Positions 34,030 to 45,760 of a DNA stretch of 64,000 bases are shown here, one piece after another. The notes under the pieces were generated by a model. It had not been told where the DNA came from. It saw only the letters and a list, made by a program, of their open reading frames with translations, and searched no databases. The DNA comes from Lama guanicoe (lineage: Eukaryota): NCBI GenBank assembly GCA_013239625.1, contig MU053934.1:10703003-10767002 (forward strand), read 5' to 3'. A program made the position numbers and the translations under genes. Each line of letters begins with the position of its first letter. Within the stretch, counting starts at the first letter, position 1.

Positions 34030-35460
34030 GGAGATGCTGCGTTTTAACGACGACGCTCTCGCCTGTTCTAATGCCTTCGTCGGGGCAACGCGGGCCTCAC
34101 CGGAACCTGACTTGGGGCCCGGTCTTGGCACTGTTCTTGGTGGTGTGCGGCGGTCAGGGGGCACGCGTCTCTCCGCGTGGCCCTGCTGGTGGCAGCACCG
34201 CGCTGGGCGCTACCCAGGACGGCTGCACGGCCCAGCGGTGAGAGGGCCGGGGGCGCACAGCGGCCGCCGTGAGCCCGCGCCCGCTCCCCGCGGGGCAGTG
34301 ACGCGCTCGCAGCTCGTTTCCTGCGGCGCCGCCACACCCGGGCGAGGCTGGCTGTCCACGGGCGTGGGGACCGGCTTCCGGACTCTGCTTGGGTTCTGAA
34401 GCATCTCAGACGACGGGTCAGAATCGCCTCTCTCCCCTTCAAGGGGGGAAGTGGAAAGTTCCCTGTCGTGTCTTAATGGGTCTGTTCAGGTCTCCACGAA
34501 GGGCGGGCAGCCGGGAGAGGTGCTGGCGGCGCCACGATGAGGACGAGACGGGGGACGTCTGCCGGGGCACGCGGCACAGTCTCGTGGAGCCCTGGTCCCT
34601 CTCCAGCACTGGTCCAGACAAGAGGCGGCCTTGTAGAGGGCTTCGGCCCACGTGGACAGGACCGCAGATGGGGGCGGCACCGTTAGGAAGTGGGGAGGGG
34701 AGGGCCGGCGAGGTGGGAGCCCCTGTGGGGGAGCGGGGGGAGCGCCCGCCACAGCGCGGGGCGGAGCCGGGCGCACTGCGCACACTCGGGGCTGATCGCG
34801 GGGGAGCGTGGGAGCCAGCGCAGAGCGCGCTGCCCCGTCAGGAGCGTGGACGTGGTTCGGAAACTGGGACCGCAACAGAGAAATGGGGGACCGGGAAGAG
34901 CCTTGGAAAAAAGAAGGAAAATGGGATCAATCCAGGACGCCAAACCTCCCGACCTAGGTTTCAGAGGAGAAACTGTCTCAGGGGAGGAAGGAAATGAGCA
35001 GAGAGGTAATTGGGGCAGGTCTCCCGGCGCCAAGGCCCTGAGGCCCCATCACCGAAATGCCTCTTGACCCAGGGAGGAGGTGCCCGGGTCACCCAGGGTG
35101 CTCGGTGCTTCAGCTGCCTGGCTCAGGGACGCCCCTGCCCCGGGAGAGGAGGTGCTGGGGATGGAGGGAGCGGCGGCGGAGGGGGGAGGAATACCCCTGG
35201 GTGGGGGGAATGGCCCTCCCACGCTCCGGTGCGCACGGCGCCCTCCTCTGGCCACAGCGACAGCAGCGGGGGGCAGGGGGCCGATTCACAGCCGGCTGGC
35301 GTCACGGCTGGGGGAGCGGGCAGGCGGCAGCCAGGCAGAGTGGAGCTGCTAATCCCAGCCACCTCTCTGCTCCCCGGCTGATTGCAGGGGCCGCCTGGGT
35401 CGCGGCGGACGGTACGCGCATCAGCGTGCCCAGCTGTGGCGCTGGGGTCGCCCTGCTCCG
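34030..35460. promoter_or_regulatory. CpG-island-like region with GC box
   Basis: Visibly CpG-dense with no recognisable repeat; GGGGCGGAGC at 34758-34767. CpG obs/exp was not computed. Confidence 0.5.
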
Positions 35461-35639
35461 ACGGGCAGCTCCTCCTCTCCTGCAGGGGTCGTTTCTTTTA
35501 AGATTATGGAAATTCATCTCCGCTAGTACTTCTTCTTCTTTATTTTTCTTTGCGGAAGGAAAAAAACATTAGACTTTCTCATTCTCTCATCCAGAGACGA
35601 TTTTGAACGGCGGTAAAAATGCATGAGCAGGAAGAAGAC

Positions 35640-35800
35640 GGCCGGGTTTAAATCTAGTTTCGAAAAGGCCCTCGCTGGGTGACCCTGGGCAAGCTCCTTA
35701 CAGTCTCCGTCTTCCTGAAATCCCACCCGTAAGATGAGGGTGACATTAGCACTTTGCAGGTTTGGTGTGAGGATTAAATGCGTGACACTGACCAGTTTAA
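35640..35800 (+). mobile_element. MIR SINE
   Basis: gctgggtgaccctgggcaagctcctta..cgtaagatgaggg..gtgtgaggattaaatg. Confidence 0.85.
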
Positions 35801-36317
35801 AAGCTGTATAAATCCTGCCTGCTGTCGCCGTTGGGTGTGAATATTGACTCTCGCCTGTTCAACCCCCGTGTTCTAGCCGCTCCGAGCCGCACTTGCGGTG
35901 TTCCATCAGATGCAGCCTCTAGGTTTGTATTCCAGAGTCATAGTTCTTTTTTTCTTTCTTTTTGACGCTATTTGATTCACTTTTAAACACATGTTAACTT
36001 TTTATTTAAAACTGTTTTTTCTCATTTGTAAAGGTTTCTTTTTAAATGTTTGATTAATGTATTTCTTTGCAAACTTCACTTCAGTAAATTGCACAAACCT
36101 AATGCCTGGGGAACTTTTAAGAGCAAATGCACGTGGAGCTGCAGTCTGGATCAAGATCCGGAGCGTTACCAGCACCTCAGGGGCCTCCTGACTGTCCTCC
36201 CCGCCACGGCCTCTGAGGATGTGCACCTGGCATTCTCCACCTTCCAGACAGGGCGAGAAGGCTGGCTGCTTTCTGACCCTGGTCCCATGCTTAAAATACT
36301 AACCAAAGAATTGGTAT

Positions 36318-36443
36318 GAGGGGTGGGGACAGCTCAGTGGCAGGGCACGTGCCTAGCACGCACAAGGTCCTGGGTTCACTCCCCAGTGCCGCCATTAAAT
36401 AAACAAATGAGTAAACAAACCTAATTAACTCCCCCATGAGAAG
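36318..36443 (+). mobile_element. Camelid tRNA-derived SINE (Vic-1-like)
   Basis: A-box-like cagctcagtgg, B-box-like ggttcactcc, tail aaacctaattaactccccc. 14-bp TSD with one mismatch: caaagaattggtat (36304-17) / caaataattggtat (36444-57). Confidence 0.9.
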
Positions 36444-38113
36444 CAAATAATTGGTATAAACCAGCCCCTGTAGATCAGCGACACTCCATTTACAAAGGTC
36501 CACCCGCCCCTAAACGCCCCACTTCCCTGAATAACTCAAGTTCTGTTTTCCTCGACGCGGCCGTGTGAACTCTGGGCGCCACGTAACGCGGTGTTGCACG
36601 GATGAAGCTTTTCGGCGCCTGGCTTCCGTCCTCGACGTGCCATCTGCGTGAGTCACCGCTGTCGGTGAGGGAGGAGGAGTCCGTTCCTACAGGGAAGGTG
36701 CTGCACGTCTCCAGCACCAGCCGCAAGTCTGCCGCAGGGTTCGCAGCGTCTGAGTCCTCCCAGTTTAGACGCCCACACCCGAGCTTCTGGAAGCGTCCCT
36801 GGGCGTGTCTGTTAGAGGCTGTGTGTGACCACTTGGGTGTTTTCTTAGGAGCGGAGTTGCTAGGTCCACAGTCATCGGTGTGTTAGGGCTTGACACCCAC
36901 GCACTGTTGCTCAGTCTTCCAGGAGGTGATGGAATTCCACCCTCCGGCAGAAGGTTCCACCCTCCCTGCTGTCACTCCTCTTTCCACTGGGGGTGGAATA
37001 CCACCTCATTTTGATTTATTTGCATTTTCCTGACGGCTAGTGAGACGGAACATGTGGTTTTCCCTCTCAGCCATTTGGAGACCCTCTTCTGAGAGCAGCC
37101 TGCTCGAGTCTTTCGTCCACTTTTCTCTAGGAGTCTCCATCTCCATTTTTTAACCACTTTATAGAATCTGTGCTACATTCTGGATGTTTGTATTAAAACA
37201 TACCCTCCCGCGATATGGCCTGAGACTTTGTTTTTGACTTCCTTAAGGCATGCATTTCAAACCAGGCAATGCACAGACACTGAGTAGAGTTCCCAAAGCT
37301 TTGGCAGACACACGTGCCGCTGTGGCCCACACCGTGATGAAGACCTGACTCTTCCTTCAGGCCGAAGGCCACCTCCCAGCCCCGCCCAGTCGCTCCCAGC
37401 ACAGCCCCTAACGGGGAACCCACTCTTCCCACACCCGTCACCACCGATCATTTCTTCCTGCTCTAGGACCCAGGTGGGCAGAGCCTCGCAGCGGGTGCAC
37501 GTCTGTAAAGGGCTCCTTTGGCCCTGGGGCCTTTTGAGGCCCATCTGAGCTGCCACGAGTGTTAGGAGCTTGGCGCGTTTTACTCATGAGTGGCTTCCAG
37601 GGGCACAAGCCACAGTCTGCTGGTCCAGTCTGCTGCTGACGGACTTTTGTGCGGTTTCCAGCTCTGGGCCATGATGTTTCAGGCTGCTGAAAACATTCCT
37701 GCAAAAGCCACTTTGTGGACATACATTTTCATTGTCTCTCTAAGCGGAACTGGAGAGGAGTCGGGTAAATATACATCTAGCAAACCATTTTGGAAAGCAG
37801 TAGCTTCGTTTTGTGTTTCCGCTAGAAACATACGCAAGGCACACTTGTCCTAAATCTTTGAGCATATCTGGTGTTGTCAGTATTTTTAATTTTGGGCATT
37901 TCTATGGGTAGGAAGTGGCTCTCAGTTGGTTTGAGTTGCGTATATAATTCATAGAGAATTTGTATAGATGTAATCTGCAGTAGTTTCTAAAATTTTAATG
38001 TTTATTTGAACTAGCAGAGTTTTTAGCTTGATAAAATCTGTGATGGATTTTAAAGTTCATGGCTCTTTATGTCTTCTCTAAGAAGTCATCGCTTTTCTGA
38101 GATCTAGAAACTT

Positions 38114-38156
38114 TATAGACACAATTCTTCTGAAGTATAGACACAATTCTTCTGAA
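38114..38156. repeat. 22-bp period tandem duplication within L1
   Basis: tatagacacaattcttctgaa(g) x2. Confidence 0.95.
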
Positions 38157-39568
38157 TATCTGCAAACAAATTTAAAATTTTGATTGGGATTGCCTGAATC
38201 TATAAATTAGGGAGAACTGATATATAAAGTTGGAGCTTCCAAGTTCACGAAAAACCTTTATATATATAAAAAAATAAAAAATATTTATTTCCATTCATTA
38301 TATTTTCTTCAGTCGACCCCAACAGCTGCTTACAGGTTCGGTGTAGGTACAGACACTTTCTTTTCTTTATTTCTAAAGATACTTAGTTTTTATGCTGTTG
38401 TAAATATAATATTTTCCATTTTCTTGCTGCGGCTCTAAATGCACACAGTTCAGTTATGCACACTGTCCCTGTAATCCTCATCCTGGCTGAAACCACTTAC
38501 CGGTGTTAGACGCTGTTTTTTGTTTTCATGGGTTCCTTGTTTTCTCACGTGAAAATTGTTTCTGAAACTGAAGTCAGTGTAGATTTTCCCTTCAGCTCTT
38601 TATGCATTTATTCCCTATCCTTGTCTCACTGCCCGGAGAGACTCTTCCACACGGTGTTCAATATAAACAGTGCGAGCAGAGATCCTTGCCTGTTCCCAAG
38701 TCCTGGGAAGGAATCTTTCAGTGTTTCACCGTTAAGCAGTGTTAGCTGTAGGTGTTTTTAATAGACGTTCTTTAACAGATTGCCTGGCTTTTCCTCAATG
38801 ATGTTTCTTAGGAGTGTTTATTACAAATAGCTGCTGATGGTGGGTCAGTTATTTTTCTGTATCTAAAGAGACTGTCATAAAATATTATCTTTTATTCTGT
38901 TAATGTAATTGATTGACATCTGAATGTTAAACAAACTGCGATTCTGCGAGGTCTACTTGCTTCCAGGAAATGTCATATTCACATACTGCTCGGTTCAATT
39001 TACTGATAGTTGTGGAACATTACCGTTTTACCTGTGTCTGTGAAGAACACCACCTATACTTTTCTGTTTTTTGTAATGTTTTGTCAAGTTTGTTAAGTTG
39101 TGGTTTCCAAAGGATTTGTCTGCTTTACTTAAGTTGTCGTTGGCATGAAGTTTTCTGACTTTTTAATGTTTGTGGGATATGCAGTAACATCTGTTCTTTC
39201 AATCTTTGTGTTGATAATTTGTGTTTTCTTTATTCGTAATCAATCTTGCTAAGTGTTTTAAAATTTTATCAATCTTTTCAAAAAACCAAATTTGACTTTC
39301 ATTTTTTTCTATTTAATTAATTCTTTTCTTTGTTATTAATTTCACTCTATTTACTTTGGATTTAATTATCACTTTTGAGCTTCTTAAGGAGAAATTTAGA
39401 TAAAATAAATCTTTTTTGTTTTTAATATAAGCATTTAAAACTGTAATTTCCTATCAATCAGTGTTTTAGCTGCGTTTCACAAACTTTTGAATTGCTGCAT
39501 TTTCATTATATTTGAAAAATATTTTCTAGTATTGCTTGAAATTTATTCTTTACTCATGTTTCATTTAG

Positions 39569-41285
39569 ATGGTCACAGGATATAAGGTCAATATACAAAA
39601 ATCAATTGCATTTTTATTAGCTAGAAATAAAAAAAAATCCAAAAATAATATTATTTACAATAGCGTCCAGAGAATGAATTCTTAGAAATAAATTTAAACA
39701 GAAAGGCATGGCTTGTACAATGAAATTTATAATACATTGCTGAAAGAAATAAAAAAATCTAAATACATTTTGTGATATCTCACATCCATAGGTCTGATGA
39801 TTCAATATTGTTCAGATGGAAATTCACCTCAACCCATGTATAAATTCAACACAATCTCTCTCAGATCCCAATAGATTTATGTTCAGAAATGGACAAGCAG
39901 ATCCAAAAATGTGTTTGGAAATAGAACCAAAATGGTAAAAGACGACTAAAGTTGGAGGACACACACTACTCTGTTTTGAAACTTAGTATAAAGGCACAAT
40001 AATCAAAACAAAGTGATGTTGGTTCAAGGGAAATTTTGTGGATAACGCAGTCAGGCAACATACCCTTGTGTTTGTAGTTCCTTGACCTTTTTGGTAAAGC
40101 TGCCAAGATAATTCAATAAAGGAAAGGGTAGTTTTTTCAAGAAATGGTGCCGGGACAACAGGATATCCACATATATAAAATTAAATTAGCATGAATCCTT
40201 ACCTCACACCACACACACAAATTAACTCAAAATGCATTATAGACGTCACTATAAAAGCTAAAGCTAAAAATCTTCTCAAAGGAAACATAGATAAAAATTC
40301 TTGTAACCTTGGATTGAGCAAAAATTCTTAGAAATGAGAGCAAAAATGTAATCCATAAAAGCAAAAAAAAAAGATAAATTGGACTTTATCAAATTAAAAC
40401 CTTGGCACTTCAGGAGACTTTGTTAAGAAAATAAAACAACCAGTCACACCCAGTGAGAAAATATCTGTAAATCATCTGTCTGATAAAGGGTTTTTATCTA
40501 GACCATATAAAGGGCCACTACAACTCAGTGAGAAGACAAATAATCCGATTGAACAAAAGCTTTGAGGAGAAGTTTCACCTGGAAGACACACACATGCCAG
40601 AAACATGGAAACAGGATCGCTGCCAGGAGCCATCAGGGGAATGCTAATGGAACCTACAGTGGGAATTTCACAGCCACCAGAGGAACAAAGACCAGCTCCA
40701 CTGAGGGTGGTTGAGGATGTGGGAAAACGGGCCCAACGGTAGACCACTCAGAAATGTAAGATGGGGCAGCCACTTTGCAAAGCAGGTTGGCAACTTCTTA
40801 AAAAGGCCAATACACAACCCGACAGTTCTACTCGAGACAACGGAAAACGTGTGTTCACGCAAAGGTGTGTACACGGACGATCACAGTGGCGCTGTTCACA
40901 AAAGCCTTTACTGGAAGCAAGTTGAATGTCCAACTGGTGGATGGATGAACCAAGCGTGGTCTGTCCAGTCAGTGGAATATCACTCAGTGAGGAAAGGAAA
41001 CAATGACTGTATACACTACAGGACAGATGGATCTCAAAAACAATATTCTACATGGAAGAAGACAGAAGTAAAAGACCATCTATTGCACAACTCTCTTTAT
41101 ATACAATGTCCAGAAAAGGCAAATTTATCGTGACAGGAAGAAAAAGTCAGTGTTTGGCCAGGGTAGGCAGTGGAGTGGGATTAATTGCAAACAAGTGAGA
41201 TGAAACTTTGTGGGGTTGTGTTTTAAAACTGGATTGTGGTAATGTGTGCCCAGTTCTATAGATGACAGGAAAAAGGAACAGAAAG
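39569..41285 (+). mobile_element. Sense L1 (L1MB-like) ORF2 3' part and 3' UTR, inserted into the antisense L1
   Basis: Abrupt switch to A-rich sequence at caggatataaggtcaatatacaaaaatcaattg. Ends near aaaactggattgtggtaatg, after which the host L1 resumes. Confidence 0.9.
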
Positions 41286-43300
41286 AGCTGTATTTTTAAA
41301 TTTCCAAATATTTGGATATTTTTAAAACATTTCTTATTTTTATTAAAATCTAATTTAATTTTCTTGTAGTCAGATGACATATAATGTAAGCTTTTATCTT
41401 TATCTTATGAAATGTATTGACGCATCTTCCAGCGCCTTAAGCAATCTACACTGGTGACCGTTTCCCATGTCCTGGAGAAGAATGTGCGTGGTGTGGTTGC
41501 TGGGGTGGTCTGGTAGAGTTTTCTAGAAGTGTCAGGTCAGATGGGTTGACAGTGCTCTTCAAATCTTTTATATCCTTTAATATTCTGTTTTTTTTAATTT
41601 GTTTTATTCTGCTTTCACTATTTGTTCCATCAATTACTGAGAGAGAGGGCTTAAGATTTCCAAGTGCAACTGTGGATTTACCTATTTGTTCCTGTCTGTT
41701 TTTGTCTTATGTTTTGCTGCAGTTGTTAACTGTACTCATACGCGACTCTGTGTCTTTGTGGTACAATGACCCTTTTATCATGATTAAATTTCCCTTTTTT
41801 CCTCTATAATCCTGGTCTTGGATGATACACTATTTTACTTAATTTATTGTATTTATTTTTAATGGTGGTACTGGGAGTTGAACCAGGACCTCGTGCATGC
41901 TAAGCACGTGCTCTACCACTGAGCTGTCCGGTCCCCCCGTATGTTATTTTAGACACATCAGAATTCTCATGTTTGATGTTGGCATGGCATATCTTTGCTC
42001 CAATTTTTTACTTTCAAATTATATCTCTATGTTTCAGTTTTCTCTAGTGAATAGGTCACAGCTGAGTCTTGCTTTTGGCTGTGTGCCAATGATCTCTGTG
42101 TTTCAACTGGAGTATAATTCTTGACCATTTGCACTACATGTAATTATGGATAGAGCTGAATTGAATACACCCTTTTTGTTATTTGTTCTCTGGTTTTTAT
42201 TCCTTATCTCCCCTCTGCTGCCTTCTTTAATCAAGTACAGTTTAGAGTTTCATTTCCTCCATCATCTTTCCGTGCGTGTGTGCAGGTGTGTGCGTGTGTG
42301 TGAGCGTGAGCTTTAAGTGCTTGGGGATTACAATATACATCCTTACCTTATCAGTCTCTTAGCGTTAATATTAAATGATTTCATCTAAAATTTAAGAACT
42401 TTCCAACAGCATCATTCTGCGCCTCCTCCTGACTTGGTGCTGTGTTGTCATATATTTGGTACCTCGATGCATCCTCCCCCTACGGTACAAGGTTATCACA
42501 ATGTGACTTCTCTTAATAGTCACCCACCCAGTGTGCTTCAATCTTCTCTGCAAATCTGAGCTTTCATTCCACACACTTATCATCTGCTTGAAGAACTCCT
42601 GGTAGCATCTCCTTTACTTTTGGTTCATTGGGGACTAATTCTCCACCTTTCTTGTATGAAAAATTGTCATTCTTTCACATTTATTTTGAATTATATTTTG
42701 CTGGTTCTGTAATTCTGGTTTAAGAGTTTGTCTCCTTTTTCACGTGTTAAAGACGCTGTTCAGTTCTCTTCTGCTCACCGGTGTTTCTGATGAGAAGCCC
42801 CACTGTGGGTCCTCTGCCTGTGGCTGAGGCGTCTTTTTTGTTGTTCCTCTTCAAATTAGATAATTTCCATCACTGTCTTCAAGTTCACACTTCCTTCCGC
42901 AGTATGCCATCTCTCTGAATCGCTTTCAGTGAATTTAAAAAGTCATATATTGTACTTTCCGGCAGTAGAATTTCTGTGTGGTTATTCTTAGTGTCTATGT
43001 CTCTGCTGAGATCACTGTTTGTTCGCTCAGTGCAGCCATCCTTCACTTTAAATCACTGTCCATATTGAAAACGGCTATTTAAAAGCCCTTGTTTGATATC
43101 TTAACATCTCAACCACTCAGCATCAGTTCCTCCTGATGCCTTTTTTTGATTACCTAAGGGGCATTCGTCCCCATTTCCTCTCACGGCTGGTAATATTTTT
43201 AGGGTTCTCTGGACATCGTGGGGATGCGTCTTAGGGAGAGTGGGTAATACTCCTTTCCTTAAAGGCGTGTCAAGGTTTTGCTTGTGCGCTCTCCTAGAAG
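41286..43300 (-). mobile_element. Continuation of the antisense L1 (ORF2 5' part and ORF1)
   Basis: aatttccaaatatttggata, tgttccatcaattactgagagag, gtttctgatgagaag, gtagaatttctgtgtggttattc. Confidence 0.85.
41836..41938 (-). mobile_element. Camelid tRNA-derived SINE (Vic-1-like), antisense
   Basis: ggtactgggagttgaaccaggacctcgtgcatgctaagcacgtgctctaccactgagct is the reverse complement of the family seen at 36318. Confidence 0.9.
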
Positions 43301-44315
43301 GCAGGTCTGTTTCGTGCTGCAGACCGTCTTCCAGGTTATTACAGGTGAGCGCTGGTCTGGCCCTCAGTCCGAGCGTGGGGCTCCCGTCTTGGCGTTCTCC
43401 TTACCTCGGCTGAGGCCTTCCTGGCTGCTCAACCAGATGCCCAGGACGCCCAGGGAGCCGTCTGCCCCTGCACCAGCAGCTCCAGAACTCCAGACCATTC
43501 CCACACGGCCAGTCCTGGAGTCTCCAGTCACCTCCGGGTCCCCCGTGGCCAGTCTCTGCCACCCCGGGACCCTCGCCCTGGTGTTTGCAGCCCTGCTCTT
43601 GGCTCAGGCCTTTTTGGCCGCTGCCTCCTTCCCTCAGGCAGGCCGTGCTGTGCTCGGGCACCGGCTCGCCGCTGCTGGCCGGGAGCTGGCCGCAGGCAGA
43701 AAGCCAGGGTCACCATGCGCTCAGCTCCTGCGTTTCCCTTCCCAGGACGCCGTTCTGCCTGGCCTTCCGTCCAGGGTCTGCAGCCTTGCTCTGTGTCTCT
43801 GTAAGGGAAAGACCGAGTTCTTTACCAGTGACTCTGCGCTGACCAGAAGCCAAGGTCTGTGCACGGACTTAACTTTCCAATTGGTACCTTTTGAAGAAAA
43901 GAAGATTTTTTCCAAGTGTAGTCCAGTTCACCTTCTGGCTTATTTAAAAGCCCTCGTTCACGATACTGACACTGAAAGCACCCGCCTATCCTGATGGCTT
44001 TTCTATCACCTACAGTGGTGTTCCTCTGATTTGTCCACAGCCGACAGCGTTTGCACTCTACCCCAGACAACATGGGGCATTTTAGGGAGAACAGCAGGTT
44101 CTTGCCCTAGAAGGTGACCTCGTGTGCATCCAGCACCACCTCCGACCCTGCGGTCTAGGTGCCTCCACCCGAGGGTCCTCCTAAACCAGCATCTGATTGC
44201 TTCACCCCACCACCTGCCCTCCTCTCCTTGGGAGCCTCACAGCCTTCCTACCCTGGGGGTTACACGGAAAACTCTGACGTTGGCTGAGCGGCCCCACCTG
44301 ACCGGCCTTTGCCGC

Positions 44316-45347
44316 TGTATTCACCTCTTCAGGCCGCCATGACAAACAGCACAGATGGTCACTGAACCGAACGGGTCCACTCGCCCGACGTGCAGCCAGG
44401 CCAGCCTACTGACCCCTGGCTGGGGTGAAGGAAAGTACAGAGTTTCTTGCAGGGCACCAAGCAAGGAGAACGGGCAGCTCACGCTCAAAAGACTCGAGCT
44501 CCCTGATGGCTTTCAGGGAGGGGTCCTTAAGGACCGTGTGAGGGAGCGGGTCCCAGGGTGTGTGGTCAGCTCGTGCACAGCTGTCTGATTGGCGGGTGGT
44601 GAGGTGACGGGGTGACGTCTGGGGAGTCTCAATCACCAGCCTTCTGGTCCCAGCCAGTCTGGGGTCTGCGTGCTGGTTCTCAGCACCCGGGGGTGGGGCT
44701 TAGCGTCTGCAGAGCACTCAAGCACGTGGCTGAGTATGATCTCTAGCCCCTGAGGCGGAACTAGAGGTGCCTGACTTTGCTTTACGTTGAACTGTTATTA
44801 TTTTGCCTTGTTTGACTGTTTTCCTTGGCTTCTGCGTTTTCTCACGCCTCTGATGAGATGTGCTCTTTGGAGCTGAGGGAAGACCCAGGAGGCTGAAGCT
44901 TTTCTGCAAACAAGAGGTGGGACGAGGTGGGGAGGGCTCTGTCCCCGGGAAAGCCCCCGAGGGTCCCACCTGGTTTCAAGATCGCATGGCTTAAAGAACA
45001 GGCGTTTGTTGCCTCACAGGCTGGAGGCTGGCAGTCTGAGATCAAGGTGTCAGCAGGGCTACTCCTGGGGGCCCTGGGGAGGATCTGTTCCAGGCCTGCC
45101 CTTTGGCTTGCAGGTGGCTGTCTTCTCCCTGTTTCTTCACATCATCTTCTCTTGGTGCAGGTCTGTCACAGTGTCCACATTTCAGTCTGCTTATAGGACA
45201 CCAGTCCCACTGGATGGGAGCCCATCCTAGAAACCTCATCTTAACTTGACCATCTGTCTGCAAAGACCCTCTTTCTCAATGAGGTCATACGCACAGGTAC
45301 AGGGGTCAGGACTTCAGCATCTTTCGGGGACACAATTCGACCCACCA
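44316..45347 (-). mobile_element. MLT1B-like LTR split by an ERV1 LTR
   Basis: tgtatt..gccgccatgacaaacagcacagat | ..tggcttaaagaacag..gagatcaaggtgtcagcagggct..ggggacacaattc. Confidence 0.88.
44357..44978 (-). mobile_element. ERV1-class solo LTR (family uncertain)
   Basis: 622-bp insert with an AGAT 4-bp TSD (44353-56 and 44979-82). Ends ..ggtttca, i.e. TGAAACC on the minus strand. CCAAT box on the minus strand (ctgattgg). Confidence 0.8.
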
Positions 45348-45379
45348 TACCTGCCCTCCAGCCTCGCCGTGCCCCGCCC

Positions 45380-45760
45380 TGCCCTGCCCCTTGGTCTCCT
45401 TCCTACAGCCCATGGCACTTTCTTTCCTTGGTTTTCCCCATGGCCTGGGACTCACCCCGCCCACTGCAGTGCCCCAGCTAGCTTCATTCATCCTCCAGGC
45501 CTCAGCCTGAGGCTCATCCCCTTACAGCAAAGGTCTTTGCCCCCTGTCTGCCCCTTCTCACTAAACTGGGTCCCCAGTGTCCTTTGCTTTCGCAGCACGC
45601 CCTCCTGGCTGCCCGGCTCACGGCCCTCCCTCTGGGGGACTCATCCGTCTGACGTGCGGCCACCTAATTGTGTGCCAAGGTCTGCATTCCGCGGCTGTTT
45701 CTCCGAGGCCTGGAGTGGGCTCTAAGGCACAAAGGACACTCACTGTCTGGGGCCAAACAG
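45380..45760 (+). mobile_element. L2 fragment
   Basis: cttcattcatcctccaggcctcagcctgaggctcatcccct..aggcctggagtgggctct..gcacaaaggacactca. Confidence 0.4.

Larger units (their letters stand above)
36040..39568 (-). mobile_element. Ancient antisense L1 block (L1ME/L1M-like; two 3' ends followed by ORF2)
   Basis: T-rich antisense L1 segments, e.g. ttttgatttatttgcattttcctga, gtttccagctctgggcc, gatccttgcctgttcccaagtc, aatcttttcaaaaaaccaa. Confidence 0.85.

Noticed and set aside
36318..36395. tRNA-like A and B boxes (also 41860-41938, minus strand)
   Set aside because: Degenerate stems and A-rich tails, plus a clear TSD at the 36.3-kb copy, indicate SINE copies rather than tRNA genes.
18409..38156. 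Short direct repeats (22-bp duplications at 18409 and 38114) as a CRISPR-like array
   Set aside because: Two adjacent copies each, no spacers, unrelated to one another, in a mammalian genome.
40711..41133. 140-aa ORF
   Set aside because: Decayed L1 ORF2/3' end sequence.
43278..43994. Longest ORF (238 aa), and other 200+ aa ORFs at 163, 2011, 6146, 10458, 10584, 18875, 22599, 34389 and 50360
   Set aside because: Mostly Pro/Arg/Gly/Ala/Ser-biased, often overlapping in several frames or repeat fossils, many with non-ATG starts, and no recognisable domains. Expected in stop-poor GC-rich DNA.
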